IMG/VR virus record: IMGVR_UViG_3300034082_000137
Reading direction: 5' to 3' (one strand)
DNA length: 20,000 bases
DNA from: an uncultured virus (IMG/VR IMGVR_UViG_3300034082_000137)
Taxonomy: Duplodnaviria > Heunggongvirae > Uroviricota > Caudoviricetes
Shown here: one piece after another, positions 15,056 to 20,000 of the stretch
Numbering within the stretch: the first letter of the stretch is position 1
Layout of the letters: each line of letters starts with the position of its first letter
The notes under the pieces: generated by a model
Told to the model about the DNA's origin: nothing
Databases searched by the model: none
What the model saw: only the letters and a program-made list of their open reading frames with translations
Position numbers and translations under genes: made by a program

Positions 15056-17547
15056 TATTTTTCCTTCTTAGGAGGTTGCTGTTGCTGGCGCTGCATGAAA
15101 GCTGTGCGCTGCTGCTGAGCCATTTGTGACTTGTGTTTAGCCATGTCTACACCCATGCGTGCTTGCTCAGTCTCCTGCTGTCTAGAGACGCGTTCGCGGG
15201 CGGAAGCTGCCGTAGCATTTACCTGCATACGTGCGATCTCTTTCTGCGCCTCAATGCGAGAGTGCTCGATAGTCAGTTGAGCTGCTTTAGCTGACGCTTC
15301 TGCTTGCTGTTTCTGAGCTTTAAGCTGGAGCTCCTGTTGACGAATTTGCAACTCTTGCTGCTGCATCTGTACCACTGGGTCCTGCATCTGCTGTTGAGCG
15401 GCTTGCTGTTGAGCCTCTTGCTGGTGCTGCTGGAACAACTGCTGTGTAGCCTGAGCCGCTGCAATCGCAATCTGGTCAGCCATCTGGGGCGAGACATCTT
15501 TAGTCTGGTCTTTATCTGGGAGTGTCATGCCCATCTTCTCTTCGATCTGACGGCGATACTCGAACGCAATGTGCTCGTTAATGTGCGCCATAGCCGTAGC
15601 CATGATTGCCTGAGCCTGTGGGTTCATCTGCATCAACTGCTGGATTTGCGGGTCCTGCATCGCCATCTGGTGAACCGCGATATGCGCTTGGTGGTTTTGC
15701 TCGATAAACGCCTTAACAGGTTTGCCTGTCAACAAGTTCTGGTTCTCTTGCACTGGGTCGGTCGCCACTTGGTCATCTTCAGTAGGCACAAGTTTCGCTG
15801 CGTTCTTTATGCCCAGAATCTCAATCATCTGGCGGTGTAACAGAGGCAAGTCGTACAGTTGGGGAGCTGACTGTGCAAGCTGCAGTACAGCCTGATACTG
15901 CACAATCTTCTGCGCCATCGTTGCTGCGTTAGGGTCACTGACTGGGATGACATCCACAGCGTCGTAGTCGGACTTCTTAACGTCACGGTTGCCGTTCTCT
16001 GGCTCGTATGCGTACTCTTCTGGTGTGTAATCGGCAATGATGACTTTGAGGAGTTTGAACTCCTGCTTCATAGCGTAGTGCAGTCGTGCTTGCACTGCTG
16101 TCATTACCTTCAAAGTACGCTCTAACAGAGCCAAAGTCGTACCAACAGGAGCATTGGCGCTCATGTCGCTGACGTTCATATCACCGCTTGATGCGAAGCT
16201 GCGGCCTTCCTGCACGATGTTCTGGAACAGAGCGAACAAAACTTGGCTTGGCTCTTTGTATGGAAGCGGTAAGATGTTGTCACGGATGCTTCCACTAGGC
16301 ACATCTACGTCTCGGAACTCTCCGGGGGAGATCGGTGTATCGTCACCCTTAATACGGAGGCCGCGAGATTTCAAGCCACCGGGCAAGTTAGACAGCGTAC
16401 CAGCGTCCACCAACTGACGAATCAGCATGGTAGAAGACTTAGCGTATCCACCAATCAAGTGAATCAAACCATAGCCGTAGAACCCAAAGCCGGGGATGTA
16501 TTGGTAGTGCACGAAATGCTGGCGTTTCAGGTGCAGCTTGTCACCCTCGTACCAATTGCGGCGTACAGCCAAAATCTTCGCTGTACCCTTCTCGATAGTC
16601 ACAACATAAGGCAGCGCAATACCTGTGGGCTCGCCATCTTTGCCCACGTCCTCGAACCCCTCGAGGTCCAAGTCAACGTGCATCTCAAGAACACGGAAGC
16701 GGTTATCCTGAGTAGCAGACAGACCCATCTCTTCTGCTTTTTGTTTCTCAATCTCGTCAATCTCGTTGGATGGCTCGCCTAAGTCAATGTCCATGTAGAA
16801 CCCTGCAGCTTGCAGTTTCTTCATCTCGTTAGGTGTCTTGCGCATCACATGCGTAACACGCTCTGCTGACTCTAAGTTAGACGCGCCGTATGGGACGACG
16901 ATGTCTTCAGCGGGAATAAACATAGCGACTTGGCGACCTTTGCTTGGGTCGTAGTACACCTTCTTGAACGCACTACCTGCTAGAGGCAGTGACCACAATA
17001 GTTTCTCGTGCTCTGGGCGATACTCAACCATCACCTCAGTAAGCTGGTAGTTCATGTCATCACGAACACGGGCTGCGGCTTCTTCTGCTAGTAAGTCAAT
17101 AGCTCCAACGATCTGAGTCTTGACGGGGCCCATCGCTGGGAACGTCTCCATCATTGCCTCTGACTGGAACCTTACAACTGACTCGGTGAGCATCGGGTGG
17201 AATACACCACAAGCGCCCTGCCAAGGTTCTGTACGCTCTTCGTACTTCAAGCCCAACAACTTCAGACCATCTACGTATGTGCGTATCCAGTCTTTACGGT
17301 CATTTAAGTCTTTGTCTACGTCAGCTACTAATTCTGACCCTAGTGCGTCTAGAACTGATTCATCAAGGAACTCTGCAAGGTTGGCATCAAAGTCTTCCGC
17401 AGTGCCTTCTTTAGGATCAATCTCAATCTCTAGCCCGTCAATACCAATAGTTACTGACTCTGGGTCTTCGATCTCAATCTCAATTTCTGGCGCGTCATTC
17501 TCCATATCGGCTAAGCCTTGAGGAGCTGCGTATAAACCTTTGTCCAT
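15055..17547 (-). CDS. Portal protein (P22-like, with a long Q-rich C-terminal coiled coil)
   Basis: 830 aa immediately after the large terminase. Motifs GSAFKKVYYD, FYGYGLIHLIG and VDAGTLSNLPGG, then an extended Q/A-rich tail. Confidence 0.85.
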   Translation of the reverse strand: MDKGLYAAPQGLADMENDAPEIEIEIEDPESVTIGIDGLEIEIDPKEGTAEDFDANLAEFLDESVLDALGSELVADVDKDLNDRKDWIRTYVDGLKLLGLKYEERTEPWQGACGVFHPMLTESVVRFQSEAMMETFPAMGPVKTQIVGAIDLLAEEAAARVRDDMNYQLTEVMVEYRPEHEKLLWSLPLAGSAFKKVYYDPSKGRQVAMFIPAEDIVVPYGASNLESAERVTHVMRKTPNEMKKLQAAGFYMDIDLGEPSNEIDEIEKQKAEEMGLSATQDNRFRVLEMHVDLDLEGFEDVGKDGEPTGIALPYVVTIEKGTAKILAVRRNWYEGDKLHLKRQHFVHYQYIPGFGFYGYGLIHLIGGYAKSSTMLIRQLVDAGTLSNLPGGLKSRGLRIKGDDTPISPGEFRDVDVPSGSIRDNILPLPYKEPSQVLFALFQNIVQEGRSFASSGDMNVSDMSANAPVGTTLALLERTLKVMTAVQARLHYAMKQEFKLLKVIIADYTPEEYAYEPENGNRDVKKSDYDAVDVIPVSDPNAATMAQKIVQYQAVLQLAQSAPQLYDLPLLHRQMIEILGIKNAAKLVPTEDDQVATDPVQENQNLLTGKPVKAFIEQNHQAHIAVHQMAMQDPQIQQLMQMNPQAQAIMATAMAHINEHIAFEYRRQIEEKMGMTLPDKDQTKDVSPQMADQIAIAAAQATQQLFQQHQQEAQQQAAQQQMQDPVVQMQQQELQIRQQELQLKAQKQQAEASAKAAQLTIEHSRIEAQKEIARMQVNATAASARERVSRQQETEQARMGVDMAKHKSQMAQQQRTAFMQRQQQQPPKKEK

Positions 17548-17556
17548 GATGTTTCC

Positions 17557-19080
17557 TTAAACTGTGTAGAACCGCTCACTGCGGTAACCCTTGAACCATT
17601 TAATATCTTCAGGCTCGTCACTTGGTAGGCGAAGAAACCCACCCTGACGGAACCGCATGAGTGCTAGAGTGGTCGCGTCAACCAAGTCATCGTGCTCCCC
17701 AGAAGGGAACGCAGCGACCTCATCCACTAACTCTTCAGCCCAGCGGGTACGAGGAACCCATACTTTCCCAGACGCAATTATGTCTGAGACTGCGTTCAAA
17801 CGGGCAATTTTGTCTTGCCCCTTGCCCGGAGTAAATTCTTGGGCCGGTATGCCCATAGCCCGGAGCTCATATATTAGAGGTGCGCCAGACGCTTTCTTCT
17901 CGATTAACACTCCGTCAGGCTGATACTCGTTGTACTCCTTCAGAACATCTCGTTTTAGGTCGGGATATTCGACACGTTTCTTATACGTGTTCAAAAGGAT
18001 GATGTTTTTCGTCTGATCTTTATAGTGCGTGAAGATTCCCCACGTCGTCCCAGCAGAATAGTCGGCCCTGTTGTTCTTCTCGAACGCCGTGTCCCACGTT
18101 TGTAGAATATATTCACAGTCTGGCGGCTCATCTTCCTCCCACCACTGCCACCAATCGCGTTTTACGATGGCTGACTCGTTGCCCACAGGGTTTTGCTGGT
18201 ACTGAGCCTGCCATTTAGAGTTCGGGAGCTCGTCTTTTAAGGCTGTAAGCTCCTGCATTGACCAAAATTCAGGCCAAAGTGGGGTGTTGGAGGGCAAAAT
18301 AGCCGGAAATTCGATCACTTCCCACTCTTCACCAGACCTTTGGGCCGCTGCTTTGAGCACTTGGCCCGTCAAATCCCTCTGGGCCCACCGTGTCATCACT
18401 ATAACAATAGAGCCGCCCGGTTGCAGACGCTGACGCGGACCTGACGTGTACCACTCATACACTTTATCGTAGATTTCTGGGTTGCTTGCTGCCATCGCAG
18501 CCTCTTGCTCCGAGTGCGGGTCATCAATAATTAGTAGGTCAGCGCCCTTACCGGTCACCGTACCGCCCACACCGATCGCAAAGTAGTCACCACCCTTGGA
18601 TGTGTTCCACCGGCCCGCCGCTTTCGAGTCCGCTTGGAGCTGCAGCTCTGGAAAGTTGCTGTGATATACCTCGGAATCTACCAAGTTACGCACCTTTCGT
18701 CCAAAGCCCACGGCTAACTCGCCTGTGTTGGAACTCTGGATGACCTTCTTATTAGGGAACTTCCCTAGAAACCAAGCTGGAAGAAGATAAGATGCGAACT
18801 CAGACTTAGTATGACGAGGAGGCATGTTAATAATAAGACGCTTGCACTCACCTCGAGCCACACGCTCGAACGCCTCAGCCATCCTCTTGTGATGCCGCCC
18901 AGATATAAACGTAGGCCACATCTTCTCAACGAACTTGATAAATTTCTCTTGTATGAGTTCATTTTCTTTGAGCTTCTCCAAGTGAATTAGCTGGGTCTCC
19001 AACACTCGCAGGTCCGCTTCTGTCATGTGCGGCAGGATGCTCGGTATATCCTTTAGCGAGATGTTGTTGAGACTACTCAT
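17557..19080 (-). CDS. terL: Terminase large subunit
   Basis: Walker A-like INMPPRHTKS, Walker B LLIIDDP, motif III-like MTRW, and RNase H-fold nuclease acidic residues (WDTA, IEKKASG, HDDLVD). Confidence 0.92.
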   Translation of the reverse strand: MSSLNNISLKDIPSILPHMTEADLRVLETQLIHLEKLKENELIQEKFIKFVEKMWPTFISGRHHKRMAEAFERVARGECKRLIINMPPRHTKSEFASYLLPAWFLGKFPNKKVIQSSNTGELAVGFGRKVRNLVDSEVYHSNFPELQLQADSKAAGRWNTSKGGDYFAIGVGGTVTGKGADLLIIDDPHSEQEAAMAASNPEIYDKVYEWYTSGPRQRLQPGGSIVIVMTRWAQRDLTGQVLKAAAQRSGEEWEVIEFPAILPSNTPLWPEFWSMQELTALKDELPNSKWQAQYQQNPVGNESAIVKRDWWQWWEEDEPPDCEYILQTWDTAFEKNNRADYSAGTTWGIFTHYKDQTKNIILLNTYKKRVEYPDLKRDVLKEYNEYQPDGVLIEKKASGAPLIYELRAMGIPAQEFTPGKGQDKIARLNAVSDIIASGKVWVPRTRWAEELVDEVAAFPSGEHDDLVDATTLALMRFRQGGFLRLPSDEPEDIKWFKGYRSERFYTV

Positions 19081-19727
19081 TCTTCGCCTTTTGTATACAC
19101 GTCATCGTCCACATGTTCATTTTCTAGCGTTTCTTGTGCATGTTCTTCTACTTCCTCTATCTCCTCGAATGTACCTTCGCTGCTAACTGCAAGCTGGGCA
19201 TCTAGGTCGTCTATGGGTGTGATGTCTGTAACTGTCGTATTGAGCAGCCGCTTGACGCGCTCCCTAATACTGTTCTCTAAATCTATGGATGTCTTGTGGT
19301 GGACGGTAATCTCACTGCGCTCTGTGAAGATTCCAATATCTGAGTGTTTGCCCAAAAGCTCCAGAGCCTTCAGCTCGTACCTTGGGTCTCCGCAGTCAGC
19401 TAGCTCAATGAGTTTGTTCGTGATGAAGTGCCGTGCCTGAGTAGCATCCGCAATAGCTTGGTAGTCGTATTGCTTCAGAATCGCTGAGGCTTTCTTTGCT
19501 ACCCCGGGACTAGATAGCGTTCTGGCTATGTTACTTTTGTCCGCACCCTTAATTAGGTTGCGAGCTTTCTCTTCATCTTCTTCTGTGTAGTCGATGCTCC
19601 CGCCAAGCTGGTCAATTAAGTCAGCAGTGTTTACGGCAATAGCAATGCTATCCGACTGAGTTTTAGGCAGCTCATCGGACAAATCAAACGGCAATGGATG
19701 CTCGGATGTTGGCGTAATTTCTATCAT
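19077..19727 (-). CDS. Putative terminase small subunit
   Basis: Overlaps terL by ATGA. Helical 'LKALELLGKH...IFTER' segment typical of TerS oligomerisation regions and an acidic C-terminus. Start is ATG at 19727 or GTG at 19733. Confidence 0.6.
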   Translation of the reverse strand: MIEITPTSEHPLPFDLSDELPKTQSDSIAIAVNTADLIDQLGGSIDYTEEDEEKARNLIKGADKSNIARTLSSPGVAKKASAILKQYDYQAIADATQARHFITNKLIELADCGDPRYELKALELLGKHSDIGIFTERSEITVHHKTSIDLENSIRERVKRLLNTTVTDITPIDDLDAQLAVSSEGTFEEIEEVEEHAQETLENEHVDDDVYTKGEE

Positions 19728-19757
19728 GTGCACCGGGTTAACGGGGGTTTCGGGCCG

Positions 19758-19767
19758 ACTATATCAC
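19758..19767 (-). promoter_or_regulatory. Candidate extended -10 promoter for the packaging/structural operon
   Basis: Minus strand GTGA-TATAGT about 30 nt upstream of the putative terS start, with no recognisable -35. Confidence 0.4.
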
Positions 19768-20000
19768 AAAAAAATATATGGGTGGGGTGTAGCCTTTTTG
19801 AAAAGTGACGGGGGGTGTTTCCGGCAAAGTAAAAATAAAAGGGTCTAGCCGGAAAATATAGGGGGTGGGGGGTATTTTGTACCACTCCGTTATGAAATGT
19901 TTAAAAATGGGTGTCGAGTGTGCTGCTCACTGTGTAGGGGAGTTAGGAGTCCCTTGTGTAGTTTTGGGGTGGGTGGGGTTGCCCTGTAAGGTGTACGCCG

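Noticed and set aside
5031..18962. Nested minus-strand alternative-frame ORFs (5031..5219, 11911..12111, 12428..12622, 12641..12904, 15273..15497, 15825..16037, 18765..18962)
   Set aside because: They lie wholly inside conserved genes and show no protein-like motifs.
274..19440. Numerous plus-strand ORFs in the track (for example 12357..12899, 15304..15840, 8660..9082, 17120..17521)
   Set aside because: They are antisense shadows of well-formed, coupled minus-strand genes and have no recognisable motifs.
1..20000. CRISPR array, tRNA genes, integrase/transposase, intron or intein, stop-codon reassignment
   Set aside because: I saw no regularly spaced repeats, cloverleafs, recombinase motifs or interrupted terminase/capsid genes. 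Genes tile cleanly under the standard code, with TAA, TGA and TAG all used as stops.

Overview
A 20-kb segment of a tailed dsDNA phage genome, probably podovirus-like and resembling the uncultured aquatic phages that have a Mu-gpT-like major capsid protein. It holds the virion morphogenesis operon, entirely on the minus strand and tightly translationally coupled. From right to left: G-tract-rich non-coding region and putative promoter, putative small terminase, large terminase, portal with Q-rich tail, a 66-aa protein, GroES-like co-chaperonin, putative scaffold, two head-associated proteins and the major capsid protein. A terminator, a sigma70-like promoter and a highly structured leader RNA follow, then a cluster of small Lys/Gly-rich proteins with shared short motifs. 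The rest is two adaptor/neck-like proteins, tail and tail-fibre proteins, a cupin and a 2OG-Fe(II) oxygenase. The most notable observations are the double-pseudoknot leader RNA downstream of the capsid gene (probably related to the Mu-gpT-DE motif) and the family of small basic proteins carrying a G-[ILVC]-x-x-[KR]-G motif and hydrophobic-x-(x)-GG motifs. All family assignments come from motif recognition by eye, not from database searches.
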